A stretch of 54,767 bases of DNA from Planctomycetota bacterium (GTDB lineage: Bacteria > Planctomycetota > UBA1135), in assembly GCA_036396955.1 (NCBI GenBank), contig DASWJW010000235.1, forward strand, positions 1 through 54,767. The letters are read 5' to 3'. The notes under the pieces were generated by a model. That model was not told the DNA's origin and ran no database searches. It worked only from the letters and a program-made list of their open reading frames with translations. Positions 23,958-33,872 of the stretch are shown here, piece after piece. The stretch's first letter is position 1, and each line of letters starts with the position of its first letter. The position numbers and the translations under genes were made by a program.

Positions 23958-26900
23958 CTATGCCGGCGCGGTCGCGCGCTCGCCGCGCAGCAAGTCTTGG
24001 AAGTCCCAACCGAGGCTGACGAGCGCGGGCACCAGGAAGAGCGTGAACACCGTGCTCACCACGAGGCCACCCACGACCACCGCGGCCAGTCCCTGGTAGA
24101 GCTCGGAACCCGAACCGGTGCCGATCGCCAGCGGCAGCATGGCGAAGACCGAAGTCATCACCGACATCAGGATCGGCCGCAAGCGCGACTGCGCCGATTC
24201 GGTGAGAGCCGCACGACGTTCCTGGCCGGCCAAGCGCAAGTTGTTCGACTGGTGGATGATCAGGATCGCGTTGTTGACCACCACGCCGGCGAGGATCACG
24301 AAGCCGAGCATGGCGAGCAGGTCGAAGCTCGCGTTGGGGCTGTTGGCGCTCGCCAGGGCGATGCCGAGCAGACCGCCCGAGAGCGCGAGCGGCACCGTCA
24401 CCAGGATGACCACCGGGCTCAGCCACGAGCGGAACAACGCCACCAGCAGCAAGTAGGTGATCAGGATCGCCAGCCAGAAGCTCCCCATCAGCGCCGAAAG
24501 CGTGCTGGAGAACTTGTCGGCGGTGCCGCCCAGCTCGATCCGGTAGTCGGCCGGCAGTTCGCCGAGCAGCGGCCGGACGATCTGCGCATGGACCTCGTTG
24601 AGCACTTGCTGCAGCGCGGCGTCGGGCAGAAGGTTCACGGTCAAGGTGATCGCGCGCTCGCGTTCCAAGCGGTTCACGCTCTGCGGGCCCGACGCGCGTT
24701 CCACACTCGCGAGCGAACCCAGAGTGGTGAGCGATCCGGCCGGGGTCACGACCGGCATGGCCGCCAGGTCCTCGGCGCTGCTGACGCGCTCGGGCGGCAC
24801 CACCATCAGCAGGTCGTAGTCGCGGCCGCCTTCGCTGTAGGTGCCGACGCGCGATCCCGCGACCGCCGCTTCGACCACTTGCCCGACTTCTTGCACGGAC
24901 ATGCGCGCTTCCGTGGCGCGGTGGTGGTCGATCTGCACGCGCAGTTCGGGCCGGCCTTCCACGTAGTTGGACTGCACGCGCCCCGGCTGCAGACCGGGGA
25001 AGCCCTGCAAACGCTCCTCGAGCGTGCTGGCGACCATCGCGAGCCGGTCGAGGTCGGGCCCGGTGATCTCGAGCGTGAATTGCTTGCCCGAATCGCGGAA
25101 CAAGCTCATCTGCATCGGGATCAAGTACCGGAAACCCGGCACCGCCATGCAGATCGGCATGAATTCGGCCTGGAACGCCTCGAGGCCCGGGCCATCGGAG
25201 TACTCGTCCTCGAGCACCACGCCGCCACCGTTGAAGGACCCGGCCACCACCAGGAAGTAGCGGTTGATCTTGGGATTGCCGAGCACCCACCGTTCCAGGC
25301 CGGCGAGGTTCGCTTCGACCGCTTCGGGGCGCATGCCCGGCACCGGCTGGCCGATGTAGAGGATCAAGTTGCGGTTGCCCGTCGGCAGGTAGCCCGCCGC
25401 CGGCACGATGCGCAGCGTCCACAGGGCTCCGGCAACGACCAGAAGCAGCAAGCCGAGCTTGCACAGCACCGGACCGCGGCCGCGCGCGGACAGGACTCCC
25501 GCCGCGGCGCCGTAGGCACGCACCATCCGGCCCGGCGACTTGGCGACGCGGTCGCCGGATTCGCCGGATTTTCTGCCGCGGCGGAAGAAGATCGCGGCGA
25601 GGGTCGGCACGACCGTGAGAGCGACGACCAGGGAGAGCGCCACCGCCGCGGCGATCGCCAGTGCGAGGTCGGCGAAGAGCTGGCCGGCTTCTTCTTCGAT
25701 AGCCAGGATCGGCACGAAGACCGCGATGGTGGTCAAGGTCGCCGCGAGCACGCCGCCCCAGACCTCGCGCCCGCCGTCGACGGCCGCTTCACGGGCGTTC
25801 TTGCCCATCTCGAGGTGGCGGAAGATGTTCTCGAGCACCACGATCGCGTTGTCGACCACCATGCCTGAGGCGAACGCGAGGCCCGCGAGGCTGATGACGT
25901 TGAGCGTGCGGCCCATCGCGTTCATCACCAGGAAGACCGCGAGCAGCGAGATCGGGATCGAGAGCCCGACCACCAGCACGCTGCGCACGCTACGCAGGAA
26001 CAACAGCAGGATCAGGACGGCGAGTCCCGCGCCGAGCAGCAGGTTGCTCTGCACGAATCCGAGCGCTTCGCGCAGATATGTGGTGTCGCGGTAGACCGAT
26101 ACCAGTTCCAGGTCGAGGCCGCGCTCACGGAAGCGCTCGTTCAGGCGTTCCATCTCGGCCGAAACGCCGTCGATCATGGTCACCACGTTCGCGCCGACCT
26201 GGCGCCCGACGCCGATCACGACCGAGCTGGCGCCTTCGCTGTGCACGATGCTGTCGATCTCCTTGTGATCGTCCACGACGCGGGCGACGTCGCCGACCCG
26301 CGTCACTCCGGCGGCGTCGCGGCGCACCAGGATCTCCTCGATGGACGCCAGATCGGAACTGCGCCCTTCGGTGCGCACCACCAGCTGCTGCACGCCGGTC
26401 TCGACGGTTCCGCCACGGCGGTCCTGGTAGCCGCGGCGCAGCGCCGAGGCGAGCTCGGCAAAACCGATGCGGCGCGCGGCCAGGCGCTCGGGATCGACCA
26501 GCACGCGCACTTCGCGCTCGGCACCGCCGATGATCATGAGTTCGGCCACGCCCTCGACGCGCTCCAGGCGCGGCTCGATCTCCTCGATCACGAGCTGGCG
26601 CACCCGGCTCGGCGAATAGCGCGAGCGGACCAGGATCCACATCGAGTTGCCCTCGCCCTGGGATCCGCTGAGGGACACCACCGGTTCTTCGGCGTCGGGC
26701 GGCAGATCGGGGAGCTGCGAGAGCTTGTTGATGACGTCGATCAGCGCGCGGTCCTTGTCGACGCCCCATGCATACTCGAGGGCGACGGTGCTGATGCCGT
26801 CCATCGAAGCGCTGCTGAGCTTGTCGAGGCCTTCGGCCCCCTGCAGCAAGTCCTCGAGCTTGCGCGTGATCTGTTCCTCGACTTCGACCGGGCCGGCGCC

Positions 26901-27056
26901 CGGATAGACCGTGCGCACCTGGATGATCGGCGGATCGACGGTGGGCTTGAGCTGGACCGGAATGCGCCGAAAGGCCAGCACCGAGAACAGCACCACCAGG
27001 ATCACGCCCACGGCGACCGTGTACGGGCGCGAAACCGCGAAGCGGACCGGATCCAT
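23958..27056 (-). CDS. RND superfamily efflux transporter, permease subunit (AcrB/HAE family)
   Basis: 1032 aa with 12-TM RND topology. N-terminal RFAVSRPYTVAVGVILVVLFSVLAF...YPGAGPVEVEEQITRKLE is typical of the family. Confidence 0.95.
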   Translation of the reverse strand: MDPVRFAVSRPYTVAVGVILVVLFSVLAFRRIPVQLKPTVDPPIIQVRTVYPGAGPVEVEEQITRKLEDLLQGAEGLDKLSSASMDGISTVALEYAWGVDKDRALIDVINKLSQLPDLPPDAEEPVVSLSGSQGEGNSMWILVRSRYSPSRVRQLVIEEIEPRLERVEGVAELMIIGGAEREVRVLVDPERLAARRIGFAELASALRRGYQDRRGGTVETGVQQLVVRTEGRSSDLASIEEILVRRDAAGVTRVGDVARVVDDHKEIDSIVHSEGASSVVIGVGRQVGANVVTMIDGVSAEMERLNERFRERGLDLELVSVYRDTTYLREALGFVQSNLLLGAGLAVLILLLFLRSVRSVLVVGLSIPISLLAVFLVMNAMGRTLNVISLAGLAFASGMVVDNAIVVLENIFRHLEMGKNAREAAVDGGREVWGGVLAATLTTIAVFVPILAIEEEAGQLFADLALAIAAAVALSLVVALTVVPTLAAIFFRRGRKSGESGDRVAKSPGRMVRAYGAAAGVLSARGRGPVLCKLGLLLLVVAGALWTLRIVPAAGYLPTGNRNLILYIGQPVPGMRPEAVEANLAGLERWVLGNPKINRYFLVVAGSFNGGGVVLEDEYSDGPGLEAFQAEFMPICMAVPGFRYLIPMQMSLFRDSGKQFTLEITGPDLDRLAMVASTLEERLQGFPGLQPGRVQSNYVEGRPELRVQIDHHRATEARMSVQEVGQVVEAAVAGSRVGTYSEGGRDYDLLMVVPPERVSSAEDLAAMPVVTPAGSLTTLGSLASVERASGPQSVNRLERERAITLTVNLLPDAALQQVLNEVHAQIVRPLLGELPADYRIELGGTADKFSSTLSALMGSFWLAILITYLLLVALFRSWLSPVVILVTVPLALSGGLLGIALASANSPNASFDLLAMLGFVILAGVVVNNAILIIHQSNNLRLAGQERRAALTESAQSRLRPILMSVMTSVFAMLPLAIGTGSGSELYQGLAAVVVGGLVVSTVFTLFLVPALVSLGWDFQDLLRGERATAPA

Positions 27057-27059
27057 CGA

Positions 27060-28235
27060 CTAGTGCCCGGCGGTCACGGGGTCGGCGTGCGGGGTGGCCG
27101 CGAGCGGCGCCCCGGGGAAGAGATTGCCGACGCCGGTCACCACGACCTCGGCGCCGTCTTCGAGCGGTCCCGGCGCAAGCGGCGCCACCGCCGCCCGCCG
27201 CCCTTGCCGGGCGAGGACGCGCACCGGCACGAAGGCCGCGTTCGGCGGTGCGCCAGCTTCGGCGGCCGCTTGCGCGACCACCAGCACGGTGCCGCGCGGA
27301 TTCTCGATGAGCGCGTCGTCGGGCACCACCAACTGGCCCTCGATCCGCACGAGCACGACTTCGGCACGCACGAAGAGGCCCGGCAGCAAGAGCTGCGCCG
27401 CGTCGTCCTCGGGGCCCAGGCGCACCAGGCCGGTGAAAGTCCGCGAGCCCGGGTCGGCGGCCGGCACCAAGCCGGCCAGGACGGTGGTGAGCGCGAAGCC
27501 GTCGACGTCGTCGGCGCGCAGACGGACCATCGCGCCCGGAGCGATCCGCGTGGCGTAGCGCGCGGGGACTTGCAGGTGGACTTCGCGGCGCGCGAGGTCC
27601 ACCACGTCGAAGACCGGCGCGCCGGCGAGCGCGTAGCCGCCTTCGACCGCGAGCCGGCGCTCGATGGCGCAATCGAACGGCGCGCGCAATTCTCCGCGGT
27701 GCAGCAAGGCCTCGAGGCGCCGCACTTCGGCCGCCTGCCTGGTCGCGCTGCTCTTGGCCACCGCGGCGTCGGTGCGGCGCCGGTCGAGGTCGGCGGGCGA
27801 AAGCACGTCGGGGCCCATTTCCTCGCCCCGCCGCGCTTCGCGCGCCGCAAACTCGGCTTGGGCGACGCGGGCCACGGCGTCGGCCTGCGCGGCCTCCAGC
27901 TCCTGTTCGAGGACCGCGTCGTCGAACTTGGCGAGCGAGGCCCCGGCGACCACCCGGTCGCCCATTTCGGCATGTACGGACTGGATTCGTCCGGACCGTT
28001 CGAACGCGAGCGCGGAGCGGCGCGCCGAGACGACGTCGCCGACCAGCTCGATGCTCTCTTCGACCGCACCGGCGTGGACCGGCGCGGTGGTGACCGAGAA
28101 GCGGAAAGCTCCCGGCGGGCCGCCGGCGGGCTCTCCCTGCCCCTGCGGATCCTCCTTGGGAAGCAGGACCGCGGCGGCGAGAGCTACCGCACCGGCTAGG
28201 AACAGGAACAGGCCGCCGAGAGAGGTGCGCGTCAT
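27060..28235 (-). CDS. efflux RND transporter periplasmic adaptor (membrane fusion protein, HlyD family)
   Basis: Lies 3 nt upstream of the RND permease. Signal/anchor (LGGLFLFLAGAVALAAA), coiled-coil hairpin and beta-barrel regions. The start could instead be 28277. Confidence 0.85.
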   Translation of the reverse strand: MTRTSLGGLFLFLAGAVALAAAVLLPKEDPQGQGEPAGGPPGAFRFSVTTAPVHAGAVEESIELVGDVVSARRSALAFERSGRIQSVHAEMGDRVVAGASLAKFDDAVLEQELEAAQADAVARVAQAEFAAREARRGEEMGPDVLSPADLDRRRTDAAVAKSSATRQAAEVRRLEALLHRGELRAPFDCAIERRLAVEGGYALAGAPVFDVVDLARREVHLQVPARYATRIAPGAMVRLRADDVDGFALTTVLAGLVPAADPGSRTFTGLVRLGPEDDAAQLLLPGLFVRAEVVLVRIEGQLVVPDDALIENPRGTVLVVAQAAAEAGAPPNAAFVPVRVLARQGRRAAVAPLAPGPLEDGAEVVVTGVGNLFPGAPLAATPHADPVTAGH

Positions 28236-28241
28236 GGTCGG

Positions 28242-29348
28242 GTGCAGAACGCGCACAGAGTAGCCGCCCGCGGACACCTAGAATGCCGCGTCTTGGTTGT
28301 CGCAGCCCTCGCTTCCGTCTTGTTCGGCCTGTTCCAGGCACCGCCGGCCCCGCCCGCCGCGCCGGCGCTCGACCATGTGATCATCCTCAGCGTGGACGGC
28401 CTGCGCAGCGACGCCCTGCCTGCCGCCGGCGCACAGGACCTGCCGAACTTCCACCAGCTGCTGGGGGGAGCCGCCACGCTCAATGCCCGCTGCGATCCGC
28501 AACACAGCGTCACGCTGCCCAACCACACCGGAATGCTCACCGGCCGGCTCACTTCCGGCGTCGCCGGCCACGGCTGGACCGGCAATCTGGATCCGCCGCC
28601 CGAGGCGACCCTGCACCAGCACGGCGGCTACCTGGCCGGCGCGTTCGACGTCGCCCACGACCACGGCCTGCGCACGGCCCTGATCGCTTCCAAGACCAAG
28701 TTCGTTCTCTACGCGCGCTCCTGGAACGCAGTCCACGGCGCTCCCGACAAGGTGGGCGCGGACGGGGGCCGCGGCAAGCTCGACTCGTACCTGTACGCGG
28801 CGACCGCCACGCGCGTGACCGACGCCGCGCTGGCCGACCTGCGCGCCGGCGGCCGCAGCCTGGTGATGCTGCACTACGCCGATCCCGACCTCGCGGGACA
28901 TGCTGCCGGCTGGGATCTCACCGCCGGTTCGCTCTACCTGCAGTCGGTCGCTCACGTCGACCGCCAGATCGGCCGCCTGCTCACCGCAGTGCGCGAAGAC
29001 CCTCTGCTCCGGGGGCGGGTCGCGGTGATCGTCACCGCCGACCACGGCGGCGGCGCGCCGCACCGCAGCCATGAGCGGTCCGACATGTGGGTCGACTACG
29101 TGATCCCCTTTCTGGTCTGGCGCGGCGACGGCGTCCCCGGCGGCGAGCTCTACGCGCTCAACCCGGAATCTCGCAGCGATCCCGGCTTGCGCCAGGCCGC
29201 CGCCGGCCGCGCGGCCTTGCCGCCGATCCGCAACGCCGACGCCGGCAACCTCGCGCTCGGTCTGCTCGGCCTGCCGGCGATTCCCGGTTCGACGGTCAAC
29301 GCGAAACAGGACTTGCGCGTCGACCGGCCGGACGCGCTGCCGCGCTAG
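28242..29348 (+). CDS. alkaline phosphatase superfamily protein (nucleotide pyrophosphatase/phosphodiesterase-like)
   Basis: HVIILSVDGLRSD metal/nucleophile region, LPNHTGMLTG, YADPDLAGHAAGW, VTADHGG. Signal-like N-terminus. The start could be TTG 28293. Confidence 0.8.
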   Translation: MQNAHRVAARGHLECRVLVVAALASVLFGLFQAPPAPPAAPALDHVIILSVDGLRSDALPAAGAQDLPNFHQLLGGAATLNARCDPQHSVTLPNHTGMLTGRLTSGVAGHGWTGNLDPPPEATLHQHGGYLAGAFDVAHDHGLRTALIASKTKFVLYARSWNAVHGAPDKVGADGGRGKLDSYLYAATATRVTDAALADLRAGGRSLVMLHYADPDLAGHAAGWDLTAGSLYLQSVAHVDRQIGRLLTAVREDPLLRGRVAVIVTADHGGGAPHRSHERSDMWVDYVIPFLVWRGDGVPGGELYALNPESRSDPGLRQAAAGRAALPPIRNADAGNLALGLLGLPAIPGSTVNAKQDLRVDRPDALPR

Positions 29349-30274
29349 CCGCCGCGGACCGGTTCGCCGGGCTCGGGCAGCACCACAAGTTCGCGCGAGA
29401 GCGTCACGCCGAAGCGCGCACGGACCTCGCCTTCGATGCGCTCCAGCAGCCGCCGGACCTGTGCCGCAGTCGCGCCGCCTTCGTTGACCAGGAAGTTCGC
29501 GTGGCGCTCGCTGACGAGCACCGTGCCCTCGCGTGCGCCCTTGAGGCCGGCGGCGTCGATCAAGCGGCCCGCGCTGTCGCCGGCCGGGTTCTTGAACGCG
29601 CAGCCGGCGGAGGCGAGCGACACCGGCTGGGTGGCGTTCTTGCGGCGCAGCAGTTCTTCCATGCGGGTGCGCACCTTGTCGGGATGCTCGATCTGGAATT
29701 CGAGCACCGCCTCGATCACCACGGCGCCGCGCAAGTTGCCGTCGCGGTAGCTCGGCCGGACTTCGGCGGGAGTGCGCACCGCCAGGCCGTCCTCCCAGCT
29801 GGCCGCACCGGGCGTCCAGAGCACGACTTCGCGTACCTGGTCCCAGAGGCCCCAGCCGGCGCCGCCGGCGTTCATCGCCAGCCCGCCGCCGAGATTGCCC
29901 GGCACGCCGATCAACGCTTCGAGCCCGACGAAACCCTTGGCCGCGCCGGTGCGCGCCAACGAAGGCAGCGTCGCGCCCGGCCACACGCGGAGCGCCGGAC
30001 CATCCTCCTGGAACACGCGGCGCATGCGGCCGGTGTGGATCACCGCGCCGGGCACCCCGCCGTCGGGCGCAAGCGTGTTGGCGCCGCCGCCGAGGAGCGT
30101 CCACGGCACGCCCTCCGCCGCGAGTTCGTGCAAGAGCTTGCCCAGGGCCTCGGGCGTATCGGGCTCGAAGAAGTACTCCGCCGGCCCGCCGATCTTGAGC
30201 GTCGTCCAGTCGCGGAGCGGCTCGGCGCGGCGCAGTGGAAAACGATCAGCCAGCGAGGCGGCGGGCGAGTTCAT
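29345..30274 (-). CDS. murB: UDP-N-acetylenolpyruvoylglucosamine reductase
   Basis: FAD-binding LKIGGPAEYFFEP, LLGGGANTL, GLEALIGVPGNLGGGLAMNAGG and the C-terminal MurB domain. ATG at 30274 overlaps the murC end. Confidence 0.9.
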   Translation of the reverse strand: MNSPAASLADRFPLRRAEPLRDWTTLKIGGPAEYFFEPDTPEALGKLLHELAAEGVPWTLLGGGANTLAPDGGVPGAVIHTGRMRRVFQEDGPALRVWPGATLPSLARTGAAKGFVGLEALIGVPGNLGGGLAMNAGGAGWGLWDQVREVVLWTPGAASWEDGLAVRTPAEVRPSYRDGNLRGAVVIEAVLEFQIEHPDKVRTRMEELLRRKNATQPVSLASAGCAFKNPAGDSAGRLIDAAGLKGAREGTVLVSERHANFLVNEGGATAAQVRRLLERIEGEVRARFGVTLSRELVVLPEPGEPVRGG

Positions 30275-31571
30275 CGACGCTCCCGGCGCCCATGCAAAGG
30301 ACCACGTCGCCGGGCCGGACCCACGCGCGCACCCATTCCTCGGCTTCGTCGAAATTGGCCGCCGGATGCACCGGCTGGCCAGGTGCGCTGGCGAGCAGCG
30401 GAAGCAACTCGACCACGCTCGGCTGCAGGTCCTCAGGATCGCGGGCGCGGTGGATCTCAAGCAGCAGCAGCGCGTCGACGCCCTGTAAGCTCGCGGCGAA
30501 ACGGTCGCGGTAGGCGCGGAAGCGCTGCGCCTGGTGCGGCTGGAAAATCGCCAGGATCCGTTGCTGCGGCCAGCGTTCCTGCGCCGCCTGCAGCGTGGCC
30601 GCGATCTCGGCGGGATGGTGCGCATAGTCCGAAACCACCCGCGCGCCGCGGCAGTGGCCCAGGACCTCCATCCGCCGTGCGGCTCCGCGGTAGCCCAGCA
30701 GGGCGCCACCGACTTGGAGTTCGTCGAGGCCCAGTCCGCGCAAGACGGCGCCGACGAGCGCGGCGTTGCGGCGGTTGTGAGCGCCGTGCAGGCCGACCTG
30801 CACGCCCGGCTCGAGCGCCTCGGCGGCCACCCATTCGGCGCGCGTGGAGGCAGCGAAGTCGGGCGCTTCGGGGCTGGCGAACACTTGCCCGCCGCGATCC
30901 GCCGGCTGCACGCGGCCCAGGAATTCGCGGAATGCCGCCTGGACTTCGGGCAATCCGCCCGGATACGTGTCGGGATGCTCCGCGTCCACGTTGGTGAGCG
31001 CGACCGCCGCCGGGCTCAGATGGAAAAAGCCTCGCTCGTACTCGCAGGATTCGAGGACCAGCGGCGCGGCTGGATCGCCCCACGCAGCGGAACCCCCGAG
31101 CTGCGTCACGTTGGCGCCGACCAGATATCCGGCGTCGATGCCGCTCTTGCGCAAGCCATAGGCGATCCAGCCCGTGCACGTGGTCTTGCCGTGCGAACCG
31201 GCGACCGCCAGCACCGGCCGCAGCCGGCTGATCTCGCCCAGCACCTCGGCGTATCGGAGCGGCCTGGCGCCGGCGGCGCAAGCGGCGCGCAAGCCCGCCT
31301 GGGCGGCAGGCACGGCGGCGGACCGCACGGCCAGCGACACCGGCGGCGGCGGCGCGCCTTCCTCGATCAGGCGCAGTCCTGCCAGCAGCAACGGGTCGCC
31401 GAGTCCGGGTGGCTTGCGATCGGCGCCCCAGACCTCCCAATCGTTCTCGAGCAGGAAGGTCGCGAGCCCGCGCATGCCGACGCCGCCGACTCCCGCAAGA
31501 TAAGCGGTGCGGCCGGCGGGTCCGGCGAGGGCGTCGAGCCGGGGGCGGCTCGGGCGGACGAGCGTCCTCAC
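30246..31571 (-). CDS. murC: UDP-N-acetylmuramate--L-alanine ligase
   Basis: GVGGVGMRGLA, P-loop AVAGSHGKTTCTG, and Mur ligase middle and C-terminal domains. Confidence 0.95.
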   Translation of the reverse strand: MRTLVRPSRPRLDALAGPAGRTAYLAGVGGVGMRGLATFLLENDWEVWGADRKPPGLGDPLLLAGLRLIEEGAPPPPVSLAVRSAAVPAAQAGLRAACAAGARPLRYAEVLGEISRLRPVLAVAGSHGKTTCTGWIAYGLRKSGIDAGYLVGANVTQLGGSAAWGDPAAPLVLESCEYERGFFHLSPAAVALTNVDAEHPDTYPGGLPEVQAAFREFLGRVQPADRGGQVFASPEAPDFAASTRAEWVAAEALEPGVQVGLHGAHNRRNAALVGAVLRGLGLDELQVGGALLGYRGAARRMEVLGHCRGARVVSDYAHHPAEIAATLQAAQERWPQQRILAIFQPHQAQRFRAYRDRFAASLQGVDALLLLEIHRARDPEDLQPSVVELLPLLASAPGQPVHPAANFDEAEEWVRAWVRPGDVVLCMGAGSVDELARRLAG

Positions 31572-31581
31572 GGGCGCAAGC

Positions 31582-32637
31582 CTACGCTTCTGCGCGCGCC
31601 AATTCTTGGAGAAAGTCGGCGGCCGCCCGCACGCCGTCTTCCGGCGCGTGCTCCACCAGGTGCCGGGCCATCGCGGCGCGCACCTGCGGCTGCTGCAGAC
31701 ATTCGACGACGCGCTCCCCCGCGACTTCGTCCAAGCGATCGATCAAGAACACGCCCGGCTCGAGAGCCCGGGCATTGTGCTCTTGATGGCGGTCCTTATG
31801 GTGCGGGTACGGCACGATCGCCGCCGGCAGCCGGAACAGCCACAACTCGGCCACGGTGGCGGCCCCGCCGCGCGTGAGCGCGAAGTCGGCGGCGCTGTAG
31901 GCCAGGCCGACGTCGCCCATGGATTCCTCGACGCGCGCACGCAGTCCGGCTTCCGCGCACGCACGGCGCAAGTTCTCGGCCTTGCCGGCGCCGGCGAGCG
32001 CGAGCAGCTGGCATCCCGCAGCGGCGAGCCTGGGGGCGAGCTCCGCGGCGAAATCGTTGAGGTCGCGTGCTCCCTGGCTGCCTCCGGCGACCATCAGCAG
32101 CGGCGCGTGCGGGTCGAGGCCGAGCTGCTCGCGCGCCGGTCCGCTCGCGACGCGGCGCAGGGCGCGGCGCCCCACCGGACCGATGCAGCGGCCGCCTCGA
32201 AGCACCGCCGCGGTTTCCGGGAAGAGCGTGAGCGTCGCCGCCGACCAGCGTTCGAGGAAGCGCACGCTGCGACCCACCACGCGGTTGCCTTCGAGCAGCA
32301 CCAGCGGCCGTCCTCGGCGCGCGGCCAGCGCGGCGGCGCCCGTCAGACCGCCGAGCCCCACCACCAGATGGGGCTCGAACTCGCGCGCCCAGCGGCGCGC
32401 CCTCGGCAGCGCCGCAGCCAGCGCGGCCGCCCGCGGCAGCCGGCTGCCGTCGACGTGGAGCGACCGGCACGGCCGCTCCGGCCCGAGGAAGGACTCTTCG
32501 ACCGCTCGGCCGCTGCCCAGGAATAGCGTCCGATGGCCGCGTGCTTCCAGTTCCTCGGCCAGCCCCACCGCCGGGGCGAGGTGTCCGCCGGTCCCGCCGC
32601 CCACGAACAGGAAACGCAGGTCGGCGGCGCGCGGCAT
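31582..32637 (-). CDS. murG: undecaprenyldiphospho-muramoylpentapeptide beta-N-acetylglucosaminyltransferase
   Basis: GGGTGGHLAPAVGLAEEL N-terminal motif, MVAGGSQGA, and RGGAATVAEL C-terminal motif. Confidence 0.9.
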   Translation of the reverse strand: MPRAADLRFLFVGGGTGGHLAPAVGLAEELEARGHRTLFLGSGRAVEESFLGPERPCRSLHVDGSRLPRAAALAAALPRARRWAREFEPHLVVGLGGLTGAAALAARRGRPLVLLEGNRVVGRSVRFLERWSAATLTLFPETAAVLRGGRCIGPVGRRALRRVASGPAREQLGLDPHAPLLMVAGGSQGARDLNDFAAELAPRLAAAGCQLLALAGAGKAENLRRACAEAGLRARVEESMGDVGLAYSAADFALTRGGAATVAELWLFRLPAAIVPYPHHKDRHQEHNARALEPGVFLIDRLDEVAGERVVECLQQPQVRAAMARHLVEHAPEDGVRAAADFLQELARAEA

Positions 32638-32651
32638 CGGCAGCGGTCCGG

Positions 32652-33872
32652 TCAGCCTCCCGCGGGAATCCGCAGCGTCTGGCCGACGCGGATCTTGGAC
32701 GGATCGCTGATGCCGTTGGCGTCGCGGATGCGCGTCCAGAGGTTCGCGTCGCCATAGACCTTCTTGGCGATCTTGGTCAAGGTGTCGCCCGCGCCGACGC
32801 GGTAGGTGCGGACCACGGCGGCCGGGCCCGCACCGCCGTCCGCGTCCCGACGCTGCGCTTCGGCGCCGGCCGGCTGCAGCCCGTCGAGTTCGGGAAGGAC
32901 CAGGACCTGGCCGACGCGCACGGCTCCGTCCGCACCAAGACCGTTCTCCCGCGCGAGGGCCCGCCAGTGCTTCGGCGTGCCGTAGAAGCGCGCCGCGATT
33001 TCGGACAGGCTGTCGCCGCTCGCCACCGTGTAGCGCCGGGCGCCCGGATGCCGCTGCGGCAGTTCGCGAAGCGGCGCGGCTTCCTCGCGGATCCGCGCGC
33101 GGTCGGCGCCGGGCGCCGGATCCGGAGTCTCGCCGTCCAGGTAGGGAACGCGCAGGACCTGCCCCACGCGGACAAGCGAGGGGTCCTGGATGCCGTTGAC
33201 GTCCGCGAGCATCTGCGCGTGCCGCGCAGTGCCGTAGAAGCGCTGCGAGATCCGCCCCATGCTGTCGCCACTCGTGACCGCGTACTTGCGCATCGGCGGC
33301 TCCGGCGCGCCCGGCGGCGCCAGTTCGGCGGAAGGCAGGATCGCCGGCGGAGGCACCGCCAGTTCGCCGTAACGGGCATCGCGCGACCGGCCGCTGGCGT
33401 CGACCGCGGCGCTGCCGTTTCCAGCACGGGCTGGTTCGACCGGCGCGGCGCCGGTCCAGCGCGTTCCACGGGCGTCTGCCGGCGCGATCACCGCGCCCGA
33501 CTCGATCGCCGGCGACAAGGAAAGCGGCACGCTCTCGGCCAGACCGGACCGCCGCGCCGCATCCGGCGCGCCGACGTCCCGGTTCCAAGCCGCAGCGGGC
33601 AAGGAGGGATCGTCTTTGAACACCGGCCGGCCCCCGACGCCCGTGCGTGGATTGCGGACCGCTTCGCGGCGGAAGTCCTCCGCGCTCAAGAACGACCGGC
33701 GCTGCTCGGGAGGAAGGAGATCCGCCACGGGCATCGCATCGGCTTCGGCGGTGGCATGCTCGGCCTCGATCCCCTCGGTGCTCGCTTTGTGCGGACCGAC
33801 CAGCCAGCCGGCGAAGGCGATGATGGCGAACAGGACGAGGGTCAAGAGGCCAGAACGTTGGACGCGGTCCAT
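32652..33872 (-). CDS. membrane-anchored protein with three C-terminal LysM peptidoglycan-binding domains, embedded in the dcw operon
   Basis: N-terminal TM anchor (LLTLVLFAIIAFAGWLV). Three LysM repeats each end in RVGQxLxxP. Overlaps the ftsW end by 31 nt and lies 14 nt upstream of murG. Confidence 0.8.
   Translation of the reverse strand: MDRVQRSGLLTLVLFAIIAFAGWLVGPHKASTEGIEAEHATAEADAMPVADLLPPEQRRSFLSAEDFRREAVRNPRTGVGGRPVFKDDPSLPAAAWNRDVGAPDAARRSGLAESVPLSLSPAIESGAVIAPADARGTRWTGAAPVEPARAGNGSAAVDASGRSRDARYGELAVPPPAILPSAELAPPGAPEPPMRKYAVTSGDSMGRISQRFYGTARHAQMLADVNGIQDPSLVRVGQVLRVPYLDGETPDPAPGADRARIREEAAPLRELPQRHPGARRYTVASGDSLSEIAARFYGTPKHWRALARENGLGADGAVRVGQVLVLPELDGLQPAGAEAQRRDADGGAGPAAVVRTYRVGAGDTLTKIAKKVYGDANLWTRIRDANGISDPSKIRVGQTLRIPAGG

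Noticed and set aside
28236-28277. Upstream ATG (28277) as the start of the RND adaptor gene.
   Set aside because: It would add 14 non-hydrophobic residues and overlap the divergent phosphodiesterase-family gene start. The Met at 28235 directly precedes the signal/anchor helix. This remains uncertain.
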